Source: an uncultured Eubacterium sp.
Lineage (GTDB): Bacteria; Bacillota; Clostridia; Lachnospirales; Lachnospiraceae
DNA: 64,000 bases
Assembly (NCBI GenBank): GCA_945939115.1
Contig: CAMEVC010000011.1
Coordinates: 7,509-71,508 of the forward strand
Direction of reading: 5' to 3'
Shown: one piece after another, positions 48,440 to 56,284 of the stretch
Layout of the letters: each line of letters opens with the position of its first letter
Numbering within the stretch: the first letter of the stretch is position 1
Position numbers and translations under genes: made by a program
Notes under the pieces: model-generated
What the model saw: the letters and a program-made list of their open reading frames with translations, nothing else
Database searches by the model: none
What the model was told of the DNA's origin: nothing

Positions 48440-48751
48440 ATGGTTATTAAGCCGATTGAATTTGCTATGATACAGCAACAGAATACTGTTGCCAAGTCGC
48501 AGCACAACGCAGAAACAAGACCTATGACAGAGCAGCAATCTATTACCATGCAGGTTCAGAAGGAAGTTAATGAACATTCACAGCAGGTCAACCGAAAGGA
48601 TAACGCTGACAACGATGGTGGAAAGTATGATGCTAAAGAAAAGAGCAAGAATGAATACCAGAACCAACAGGACAATGATAAAAAGAAACATACAGACGGG
48701 CGTGTTTTTGTAAAAGGACAGGGGAATTCAGATTTTGATGTTAAGATATAA
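48440..48751 (+). CDS. Hypothetical Q/N/K/D-rich soluble protein (103 aa)
   Basis: ATG follows AAGGGAGG. No TM span and no recognisable motif. Coding status is supported only by the RBS, tight operon spacing and frame length. Confidence 0.5.
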   Translation: MVIKPIEFAMIQQQNTVAKSQHNAETRPMTEQQSITMQVQKEVNEHSQQVNRKDNADNDGGKYDAKEKSKNEYQNQQDNDKKKHTDGRVFVKGQGNSDFDVKI

Positions 48752-48772
48752 AGTGTATATCTGGAGGGAATA

Positions 48773-49690
48773 ATGGTTGCAATAGAAATTATACTTATTA
48801 TAGTTGGTATCATATGTGTGATTGTGAGCCTTGTTATGAATTTTGACAATAAGGAAGATAATACAGGTAGTGATATTCCATCTGAATTATCAGAAGAACA
48901 GAAGAACAAGATAAAGCAGCAGATTGACAAGATGATAGATGAACAGATAAGCGGCGTAGCTGAAAAAACAGAAGCCTCTCTGGATAAGATATCTAATACC
49001 AAGATTTTGGAGATGAACGAGTATGCTGAGAGTGTTCTTGGCGAAATTAACCGCAATCACAATGAGACAGTCTTTTTATATGATATGCTCAATGAAAAAG
49101 CCAAAGAGATTAAATCAACTGTCAAGGACGTGAATAATACCAAGAGACAGGTGGAAAAGATTCATGCAGAGGTAAAGAATTCTGAGGAAAATGCTGTGTG
49201 TGAACCAGACAGGACTGATGATGGAAAAGAACCTGCTTATGAGCAGGCAGAACATTCTGACAAAAATACTAAGGATATAGCTAAGGAAAGGCTGGCAGCA
49301 CTTGTTAAGAAAAGTAACGAGAGAGCAAGGACAGAAGATGGAACTCCTAAACGGAATGTTCAGGCAGAAAAGCTTGAAAATAAGACGACTGCCAAGACAA
49401 CGACTGCCAAGACAGCGACTGACAAGACAACGACTGCCAAGAAAACAGAAACTAAGCAGCCAGCTAAGAAGACAACGAAACAGACAACTAAGCAGTCGGC
49501 AGGGAAAGCTCAGGATACAGAAAAGAATACAGATGCTGCAGATATACAGCTGGATCCGGGACTGACTAACAATGAGAAAATTTTAAAACTCGACTCTATG
49601 GGTGCTTCGGTCAAGGATATTGCAAAGCAGCTTAATCTTGGAGTAGGAGAAGTTAAGCTTGTTATAGACCTTTATAAGGGTGGTAATTAA
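48773..49690 (+). CDS. Membrane-anchored coiled-coil protein with T/A/K repeat linker and C-terminal HTH-like domain (305 aa)
   Basis: ATG follows GGAGGGAA. N-terminal TM span IEIILIIVGIICVIVSLVM, coiled-coil/charged middle, (K)TTAK repeats, and the C-terminus NNEKILKLDSMGASVKDIAKQLNLGVGEVKLVIDLYKG, which resembles a small sigma-70 region 4/LuxR-like helix-turn-helix. Confidence 0.65.
   Translation: MVAIEIILIIVGIICVIVSLVMNFDNKEDNTGSDIPSELSEEQKNKIKQQIDKMIDEQISGVAEKTEASLDKISNTKILEMNEYAESVLGEINRNHNETVFLYDMLNEKAKEIKSTVKDVNNTKRQVEKIHAEVKNSEENAVCEPDRTDDGKEPAYEQAEHSDKNTKDIAKERLAALVKKSNERARTEDGTPKRNVQAEKLENKTTAKTTTAKTATDKTTTAKKTETKQPAKKTTKQTTKQSAGKAQDTEKNTDAADIQLDPGLTNNEKILKLDSMGASVKDIAKQLNLGVGEVKLVIDLYKGGN
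49384..49443 (+). repeat. Four tandem 15-nt units (ACRRCGACTGMCAAG) encoding T-T-A-K-type pentapeptides
   Basis: The core CGACTG(C/A)CAAGA(C/A)A recurs at 49386, 49401, 49416 and 49431 (15-nt period, in frame). Confidence 0.85.
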
Positions 49691-49692
49691 TT

Positions 49693-50244
49693 ATGAAATT
49701 CAGATATTATATCAGAGGTTTTGGCGCAGGATTAATTGTCGCAGCCATAATACTGACAATTGCCGGTATGGTAGAACGCAACAACGATATGCTGAACAAC
49801 AATAGCAATAATAATACAGAGACACAATCTGCCGGGTCAGTTATTGCATTTACATCAGAAGCGTCTACTGAAGGTTCTACACAGATGCAACAGACTGATT
49901 CAGAGACTTCTTCGGAAACGGATGCGCAGGAGACAATTGCGGCAGAGACAATACAGGAGACAACTGTGGCTCCGACACAGACTAATCCACCGACAGAGAA
50001 ATCAACTGTAAAAATTACTACAGGGGATGGCAGCGGAGAGGTTGAGATTGTATTTAAGGGTGTTTATACAGCAGTTCAGGCGGCAGATATATTATATGAT
50101 GCAGGTATCATTGATAATAAAACAGAGTTTTATACATATATGTATACTACCGGATATGACAGAAAGATGAGAGATGGTGTATATACTCTGAAACCGGGAG
50201 ATTCTTACGAGACAATTGCCAGAATAATAACACAGACAAGATAG
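49693..50244 (+). CDS. Membrane-anchored protein carrying only an MltG/YceG N-terminal (LysM-like) lobe (183 aa)
   Basis: TM span FGAGLIVAAIILTIAGMV and a T/S/E/Q-rich linker. The C-terminus VEIVFKGVYTAVQAADILYDAGIIDNKTEFYTYMYTTGYDRKMRDGVYTLKPGDSYETIARII follows the pattern of the MltG N-terminal lobe (I.IP.G.s...ia..L...gvI.....F......l..G.Y.l.pg.s...i) as I remember it. There is no catalytic lobe. Confidence 0.6.
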   Translation: MKFRYYIRGFGAGLIVAAIILTIAGMVERNNDMLNNNSNNNTETQSAGSVIAFTSEASTEGSTQMQQTDSETSSETDAQETIAAETIQETTVAPTQTNPPTEKSTVKITTGDGSGEVEIVFKGVYTAVQAADILYDAGIIDNKTEFYTYMYTTGYDRKMRDGVYTLKPGDSYETIARIITQTR

Positions 50245-50286
50245 AACATATAGTGGATATAACTGGTAATTAGTATGAAAAAGTAC

Positions 50287-50315
50287 TTGCATTATTTTCT
50301 GTGTATTGATATAAT
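50287..50315 (+). promoter_or_regulatory. Strong sigma-A promoter candidate for rpsB-tsf (extended -10)
   Basis: TTGCAT (50287-50292), 17-nt spacer ending in TGA, TATAAT (50310-50315), i.e. TGaTATAAT. It lies ~115 nt upstream of the rpsB ATG. Confidence 0.6.
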
Positions 50316-50429
50316 GCATTTCGTGTGAAAAAACATGCGGGTGGATTTTGCGGCTGGTGCCGGTTTACGCGCCGGTGGTCGTGAAAGATGAAATCTGCAA
50401 AAGAACAATTAACCAATGGAGGTATTAGA

Positions 50430-51158
50430 ATGAGCGTAATTTCAATGAAGCAGTTACTTGAGGCAGGTGTTCATTTCGGACATCAGACAAGAAGATGGAA
50501 CCCTAAGATGGCTGAGTACATCTACACAGAGAGAAATGGTATCCATATCATCGACTTACAGAAGTCTGTAGGTAAGGTTGACGAGGCTTATAAGGCAATC
50601 TCTGATATCGCTGCAGAGGGTGGTACAATCCTTTTTGTAGGTACTAAGAAGCAGGCTCAGGATGCTATCGCATCTGAAGCAGAGCGTTGTGGAATGTTCT
50701 ATGTTAACGAGAGATGGTTAGGCGGTATGCTTACTAACTTCAAGACAATCCAGAGCAGAATCAACAGACTTAAGGAAATCGAGACAATGCAGGAAGATGG
50801 AACATTTGATGTTCTTCCTAAGAAAGAAGTTATCAACCTTAAGAAGGAACTTGAGAAGCTTCAGAAGAACCTTGGCGGAATTAAGGAGATGAAGAGACTT
50901 CCGGATGCTATCTTTATCGTTGATCCTAAGAAGGAAAGAATCTGTGTTCAGGAAGCACATGCACTCGGTATCAAGTTAATCGGTATCGCAGATACTAACT
51001 GTGATCCAGATGAATTAGATTATGTAATCCCTGGTAATGACGATGCTATCAGAGCAGTTAAGTTAATCGTTGCTAAGATGGCAGATGCAGTTATCGAAGC
51101 TAATCAGGGTGAAGAAGCAGCTCCAGCTGTTGAGGAAGAGGTAGCTGAGGAAGCTTAA
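50430..51158 (+). CDS. rpsB: 30S ribosomal protein S2
   Basis: [27 protein letters not shown] is the canonical S2 N-terminus. ATG 50430 follows GGAGG (track start 50388 rejected). Confidence 0.98.
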   Translation: MSVISMKQLLEAGVHFGHQTRRWNPKMAEYIYTERNGIHIIDLQKSVGKVDEAYKAISDIAAEGGTILFVGTKKQAQDAIASEAERCGMFYVNERWLGGMLTNFKTIQSRINRLKEIETMQEDGTFDVLPKKEVINLKKELEKLQKNLGGIKEMKRLPDAIFIVDPKKERICVQEAHALGIKLIGIADTNCDPDELDYVIPGNDDAIRAVKLIVAKMADAVIEANQGEEAAPAVEEEVAEEA

Positions 51159-51185
51159 TATTTAAGTATTGACTTAAGTTTATGT

Positions 51186-51225
51186 ATGCTTCAGCCTGAC
51201 ATGTTATCAGGTTGAAGCATTTTTT
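51186..51225 (+). terminator. Strong hairpin + U-tract between rpsB and tsf (terminator/attenuator)
   Basis: ATGCTTCAGCCTGA / TCAGGTTGAAGCAT form a 14-bp stem with one G-U pair and a 7-nt loop, followed by TTTTT. Confidence 0.75.
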
Positions 51226-51253
51226 AAAATAATTATTATTGGAGGATATTATA

Positions 51254-52339
51254 ATGGCAGCAGTTACAGCAGCAATGGTTAAAGAACTTAGAGAGTCTAC
51301 TGGCGCAGGTATGATGGAGTGTAAGAAGGCTCTTACAGAGACAGATGGTGATATGGAAGCAGCTGTTGATGTTCTTAGAAAGAGCGGAGCAGCTAAGGTT
51401 GAGAAGAAGGCAGGAAGAATTGCAGCAGAGGGTATTACAAGAGTTGCATCTGAAGGCAATACAGCAGTTGTAGTAGAAGTTAACTCAGAGACAGATTTCG
51501 TAGCTAAGAACGCTACTTTTCAGGAATTTGTTCAGTCGGTTGCTGATAAGGCACTTAAGGCTTCAGTTGATAAGGCTGGAGATGGAGAAGATGTTTGTGC
51601 TATTCTTGGTATGCAGTCAGAACTTGAAGAGAAGACTCTTACAATTGGTGAGAAGCTTTCTATCAGAAGATTCCAGAAGATTTCAGGAGATTGCGTAGCT
51701 TCTTATATTCACGGTGGTGGAAGAATTGGTGTTCTTGTTGCAGCAGATGGTGCTTCAAACGATGCTGTTAAGGAAGCACTTACTAATGTTGCAATGCAGA
51801 TTGCAGCTATGAATCCACAGTATCTCTGCAGAGAAGATATGTCAGCAGATGAACTTGCTAAGTTAAGAGAAATCATAGAGAAGAGCGCATTAAATGATCC
51901 AGCTACTCTTCCAAAGCCAATCTTAAACAAGTTAATTGATAAGGCAGTTAATGACAAAGTATGGAGCGATGCTGATATTGAAACATACAATGAGCATAAG
52001 AGCAACATGCAGTATTTATTCAACTTCCTTTCAAAGGAAGCTGCTGCACAGTTAGCAGAGCTTGCATTAGCAGATGAGGCTAATATCGTTGCAGATAAGA
52101 TTTTCAACGGATTAGTAGAAGGCCGTGTATCTAAGCAGCTTAAGGAAATCTGTCTTATGGATCAGGTTTATGTTAAGGCTGAGGATGGAAAGCAGTCAGT
52201 TGGCAAGTATCTTGCAGAGGTTGCTAAGGCTAATGGTGTTAACTTCTCTATTAAGGGATATGTTCGTTTTGAGACAGGTGAAGGTCTTGAGAAGAAGAAC
52301 GAGGATTTTGCAGCAGAGGTTGCAGCTCAGTTAAAGTAA
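51254..52339 (+). CDS. tsf: Translation elongation factor Ts (361 aa, with internal insertion)
   Basis: UBA-like N-terminus AAMVKELRESTGAGMMECKKAL..GDMEAAVDVLRK. Core motifs VEVNSETDFVAKN, NVAMQIAAMNPQY, ICLMDQVYVK. ATG 51254 follows GGAGG. Confidence 0.97.
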   Translation: MAAVTAAMVKELRESTGAGMMECKKALTETDGDMEAAVDVLRKSGAAKVEKKAGRIAAEGITRVASEGNTAVVVEVNSETDFVAKNATFQEFVQSVADKALKASVDKAGDGEDVCAILGMQSELEEKTLTIGEKLSIRRFQKISGDCVASYIHGGGRIGVLVAADGASNDAVKEALTNVAMQIAAMNPQYLCREDMSADELAKLREIIEKSALNDPATLPKPILNKLIDKAVNDKVWSDADIETYNEHKSNMQYLFNFLSKEAAAQLAELALADEANIVADKIFNGLVEGRVSKQLKEICLMDQVYVKAEDGKQSVGKYLAEVAKANGVNFSIKGYVRFETGEGLEKKNEDFAAEVAAQLK

Positions 52340-52376
52340 TTATTGCGTGATATTAATATTGCGGATATTGCAGTTT

Positions 52377-52416
52377 ACCCCGGAATGTATCAGGAAGAAC
52401 ATTCCGGGGTTTTTAT
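52377..52416 (+). terminator. Rho-independent terminator after tsf
   Basis: ACCCCGGAATGT / ACATTCCGGGGT form a perfect 12-bp stem with a 10-nt loop, followed by TTTTTATT. Confidence 0.9.
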
Positions 52417-52439
52417 TAATGAAAAATTTGTCATAACAC

Positions 52440-52468
52440 TTCTAAAATTGTCAATGATATGCTATAAT
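52440..52468 (+). promoter_or_regulatory. Candidate extended -10 promoter for the bactofilin gene
   Basis: TGcTATAAT at 52460-52468 with a weak -35 (TTCTAA) 17 nt upstream. It sits directly after the tsf terminator. Confidence 0.4.
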
Positions 52469-52525
52469 CTTTTCAAACTGTAATGTTTTGTGGAAACCGC
52501 AGTGATTAATATGGAGGATGATTAA

Positions 52526-53296
52526 ATGGGATTTTTCAAAGATTTTAAAGATGATTTATCCGAGGCAGTCAATGGACTTTCTGACGCGGAATTAGAGAAT
52601 GCATCTGATGACAGAGATGAAGATTTGATGGTTAACACACTAGATGATCCGGAACTCGCAAAGATGGCAGAAGATTATAAGAAAGAAGCACAGGAATCTG
52701 ATAAGGAGGAGACTGGTGCTGATGCGCAGAGCGTACAGGATGCCCAGGTACAGCAGGATACAGAGGAGTCTTCCAAGGACACAGATAATGTTCAGGAAGA
52801 TGCAGTATCGGATAATGAGTTTATTGCTGATGAGACTGCAGTTATCACAGAAGGTCTTACAATCAGTGGAGACCTTGATTCATTGGGTTCAATAGATTTA
52901 TTTGGCTCAGTTGAAGGTAATGTTACATGTCGTGGAAAGCTTACAGTAAGCGGTTCGATTATAGGTAATTCCAAGGCTAATGAAGTGTTTGCCAACAGTG
53001 CACAGGTAGATGGAAATGTTGAGGCTAAGGGTTCAGTAAAGATTGGACAGGGAACAGTTATTGTTGGTAATATTACTGCAACTTCAGCCGTTATTGCAGG
53101 AGCAGTTAAGGGTGATATAGATGTACACGGTCCGGTTATTGTTGACTCTTCTGCTGTTATCGTAGGTGATATCAAGTCTAAGTCAGTTCAGATTAACAAT
53201 GGAGCTACAATTGATGGACGTTGCTCACAGTGCTATGCTGATGTTAATATGGACAGCATATTTAATATTAAGGGCAAGAAGAAGTCTAATAAATAG
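52526..53296 (+). CDS. Bactofilin-family polymer-forming cytoskeletal protein with acidic N-terminal extension
   Basis: Aa ~105-235 show beta-helix repeats typical of bactofilin/DUF583 (ISGDLDSLGSIDLFGSVEGNVTCRGKLTVSGSIIGNSKANEVFANSAQVDGNVEAKGSVKIGQGTVIVGNITATSAVIAGAVKGDI...). The first ~100 aa are D/E-rich. Confidence 0.85.
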   Translation: MGFFKDFKDDLSEAVNGLSDAELENASDDRDEDLMVNTLDDPELAKMAEDYKKEAQESDKEETGADAQSVQDAQVQQDTEESSKDTDNVQEDAVSDNEFIADETAVITEGLTISGDLDSLGSIDLFGSVEGNVTCRGKLTVSGSIIGNSKANEVFANSAQVDGNVEAKGSVKIGQGTVIVGNITATSAVIAGAVKGDIDVHGPVIVDSSAVIVGDIKSKSVQINNGATIDGRCSQCYADVNMDSIFNIKGKKKSNK

Positions 53297-53344
53297 TCAG
53301 ATTTTATTATAAATGACATAATTATTTAATAATCGGAGGCACTT

Positions 53345-54049
53345 ATGGATAACATTAAGAGGGTAATACTTAAACTTAGTGGAGAGGCACTCGCTAAGAA
53401 GCAGGGTGGATATAATGATAATCTGATTGAGGATATTGCTAATCAAGTGAAGACCTTAGTGGATAAGGGAACAGATGTCGGCATAGTTATAGGTGGAGGC
53501 AATTACTGGAGAGGCCGCTCTAATGATAATATTGACAGAACAAAGGCTGACCAGATTGGAATGCTTGCAACAATTATGAACTGCATTTATGTTTCTGAGA
53601 TATTCCGTTCTCAAGGTCTTAAGACAAATATACTTACACCATTCGAATGTGGCAGCATGACAAAGTTGTTCTCTAAAGACAGGGCTAACAAGTATTTTGA
53701 AAAGGGGATGGTTGTATTCTTTGCCGGAGGAACAGGACATCCGTATTTCTCAACGGATACAGGAATTGTATTAAGAGCTATTGAGATGGATGCAGATGCA
53801 ATTCTTCTTGCAAAGGCAATTGACGGAATATATGACAGCGATCCTAAGATTAATCCTGATGCGAAGAAGTATGATACAATATCTATCAGTGAAGTTGTTG
53901 ATAAAAAGCTTGGCGTTATAGATATGACTGCATCGGTAATGTGCATGGAGAATAAGATGCCACTTATGGTATTTGGACTTGAAGAGGAGAATAGCATTGT
54001 TAATGCTTTATCGGGTAATTTTAACGGTACAGTAGTGACTGTTGATTAA
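53345..54049 (+). CDS. pyrH: UMP kinase
   Basis: RVILKLSGEAL, VGIVIGGGNYWRG, FFAGGTGHPYFSTDT, and its position before frr. Confidence 0.97.
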   Translation: MDNIKRVILKLSGEALAKKQGGYNDNLIEDIANQVKTLVDKGTDVGIVIGGGNYWRGRSNDNIDRTKADQIGMLATIMNCIYVSEIFRSQGLKTNILTPFECGSMTKLFSKDRANKYFEKGMVVFFAGGTGHPYFSTDTGIVLRAIEMDADAILLAKAIDGIYDSDPKINPDAKKYDTISISEVVDKKLGVIDMTASVMCMENKMPLMVFGLEEENSIVNALSGNFNGTVVTVD

Positions 54050-54076
54050 TTAATATGTTTTATAGCGGAGGATTAT

Positions 54077-54628
54077 ATGTTTAACATTAAAGAAATCGAA
54101 GAGAGAATGCAGAAGTCGGTGGATAACTTAAAGGATGAATATTCTACAATCAGAGCCGGCAGAGCTAACCCACATATACTTGACAGATTAAGAGTTGATT
54201 ATTATGGAACACCTACACCAATACAGCAGGTTGCCAATGTATCTGTTCCTGAAGCCAGAATGATTCAGATTCAGCCTTGGGAAGCAAGCCTGATTAAGGA
54301 AATCGAGAAGGCAATTCTCACATCAGACCTTGGTCTTACACCGAATAACGATGGTAAGACAATAAGACTTGTTTTCCCTGAATTAACAGAGGACAGAAGA
54401 AAAGAACTTGCGAAGGATATTAAGAAGAAGGGCGATAATGCAAAGGTTGCCATCCGTAATATCAGAAGAGATGCCAACGATGTCATTAAGAAGGATAATA
54501 AGGCTGGAGATATCTCAGATGACGAGGCTAAGAATTCAGAGGATGAGATTCAGAAGATTACTGATAAGTATATCGGAATTATTGATAGCGCAATAGATGA
54601 CAAGACTAAGGAGATACTTACAGTTTAA
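54077..54628 (+). CDS. frr: Ribosome recycling factor
   Basis: STIRAGRANPHILD, VDYYGTPTPIQQVANVSVPEARM, LTEDRRKELAK, AKVAIRNIRRDAND. Confidence 0.98.
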   Translation: MFNIKEIEERMQKSVDNLKDEYSTIRAGRANPHILDRLRVDYYGTPTPIQQVANVSVPEARMIQIQPWEASLIKEIEKAILTSDLGLTPNNDGKTIRLVFPELTEDRRKELAKDIKKKGDNAKVAIRNIRRDANDVIKKDNKAGDISDDEAKNSEDEIQKITDKYIGIIDSAIDDKTKEILTV

Positions 54629-54638
54629 GATGGGTAAG

Positions 54639-54670
54639 GGCTGTTGGAAATATTGACAACAGCCTTTTTG
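54639..54670 (+). terminator. Rho-independent terminator after frr
   Basis: GGCTGTTG / CAACAGCC form an 8-bp stem with a 10-nt loop, followed by TTTTTG. Confidence 0.7.
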
Positions 54671-54728
54671 TGCATTACTAGATTGGAAATTATGCGAAAA
54701 GATTTGCGCAGAAATGAGGAATTGGTAT

Positions 54729-55463
54729 ATGGATACATTTAACGAAAGTCTGGGACTTAATATCCCGGGTCATGTTGCAGTTATTCTTGATGGCAATGGG
54801 CGATGGGCTAAGAAAAGACATCTTCCACGTACTATGGGGCATGCACAGGGAAGTAAGGTAGTTGAGGATATGCTCTATGTAGTAGATGAGCTGGGAGTAA
54901 AGTACTTTACTGTATATGCTTTTTCAACAGAGAACTGGAAAAGATCAACAGAAGAAGTGAGTACTCTTATGGGGATATTAAGGACATATCTCAAGGATTG
55001 CGTTAAGAAGTCCATGAAGAATAATGTCCGGTGCAGAGTTATAGGAAGAAAAGATGAACTCAGTCAGGATATTATTGACAGTATTAATAATCTTGAGGAA
55101 AAAACTAAGAATAATACAGGTCTCAATTTTACCATAGCAATAAACTACGGCGGAAGAGATGAGATTACAAGAGCTGTGAAGAAGATTGCTGACAGGGTTA
55201 AGGAAGGTAGTCTTTCGCCAGAAGATATATGTGAAGATACTATAAGCAATAATCTTGATACATGGGAACTTCCTGATCCTGATTTGCTTATAAGAACAAG
55301 TGGTGAGCAGAGATTATCTAATTATCTGTGCTGGCAGCTTGCATATACAGAATTTTATTTTACGGATGTGTACTGGCCTGATTTCAATAAGGAAGAACTA
55401 ATTAAGGCATTTGAAAAGTACAATAAGACAGAAAGAAGATTTGGCGGAGTTAAGGAGGAGTAG
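54729..55463 (+). CDS. uppS: Isoprenyl transferase (undecaprenyl-diphosphate synthase)
   Basis: HVAVILDGNGRWAKKR, GH..G, FSTENWKRS, IRTSGEQRLSN. ATG 54729 follows GAGGAA (track start 54714). Confidence 0.96.
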   Translation: MDTFNESLGLNIPGHVAVILDGNGRWAKKRHLPRTMGHAQGSKVVEDMLYVVDELGVKYFTVYAFSTENWKRSTEEVSTLMGILRTYLKDCVKKSMKNNVRCRVIGRKDELSQDIIDSINNLEEKTKNNTGLNFTIAINYGGRDEITRAVKKIADRVKEGSLSPEDICEDTISNNLDTWELPDPDLLIRTSGEQRLSNYLCWQLAYTEFYFTDVYWPDFNKEELIKAFEKYNKTERRFGGVKEE

Positions 55464-55466
55464 TCT

Positions 55467-56282
55467 GTGCGAACTAGAATATTAAGCGGAGCTGTGCTCA
55501 TAGTAATTCTCTTTACATGCCTTTATTTTGGCGGCTGGGTAACATACGGCTTTAGTTTATTTATTTCTTTGGTTGGAATGTATGAGCTTATCAGGGTGAA
55601 GAAGATAGAAAAGACGGGACTTGCTGTGGTTGGCTATGCCGCTGCAGTAATGTACTATATAATTCTTTTAATGAATGACCCGGCATATATATTATTACTT
55701 CTTGTTGCAACATGCATAATCATGATGTCAGTGTATATTTTTACATTTCCAAAGTACAAAACTGAGGATGTCATGTGGGTGTTCTTCAGTATTATCTATG
55801 TTGCTGTTATGCTTTCTTATATCTATCAGGTAAGAATGCTTGAGAACGGAGTATATATTGTATGGCTTATATTTGTGTCATCGTGGGGAAATGATACATT
55901 TGCATACTTTACAGGTGTTTTCTTAGGTAAGCATAAGATGACACCGAAACTATCACCTAAGAAGACATATGAAGGAGCTGTTGGAGGTATTATTGGTGCA
56001 ACACTTCTTGGATTTGTTTATGGATATGCCATAAGTTTCAAGCTGTCAAATGTGCTTGTTCATCCTGTATATACATTTGCAGTTGCAAGTTTTATTGGAG
56101 CCTTTCTTTCAATATTCGGAGATTTGGCAGCATCTGCAATTAAGAGAAATCATGATGTGAAAGACTATGGAAAGCTCATTCCGGGACATGGTGGTATTAT
56201 GGACAGATTTGACAGTGCTATATTTACTGCACCAGCAGTTTTCTGGGCTATTGAGACAATTAACATTGTCTTTGGAGGTTGA
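55467..56282 (+). CDS. cdsA: Phosphatidate cytidylyltransferase
   Basis: GTG start. Polytopic membrane protein with the CdsA signature SPKKTYEGAVGG and C-terminal GDL.AS..KR...KD.G.LIPGHGGIMDRFDS. Confidence 0.95.
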   Translation: MRTRILSGAVLIVILFTCLYFGGWVTYGFSLFISLVGMYELIRVKKIEKTGLAVVGYAAAVMYYIILLMNDPAYILLLLVATCIIMMSVYIFTFPKYKTEDVMWVFFSIIYVAVMLSYIYQVRMLENGVYIVWLIFVSSWGNDTFAYFTGVFLGKHKMTPKLSPKKTYEGAVGGIIGATLLGFVYGYAISFKLSNVLVHPVYTFAVASFIGAFLSIFGDLAASAIKRNHDVKDYGKLIPGHGGIMDRFDSAIFTAPAVFWAIETINIVFGG

Positions 56283-56284
56283 AG

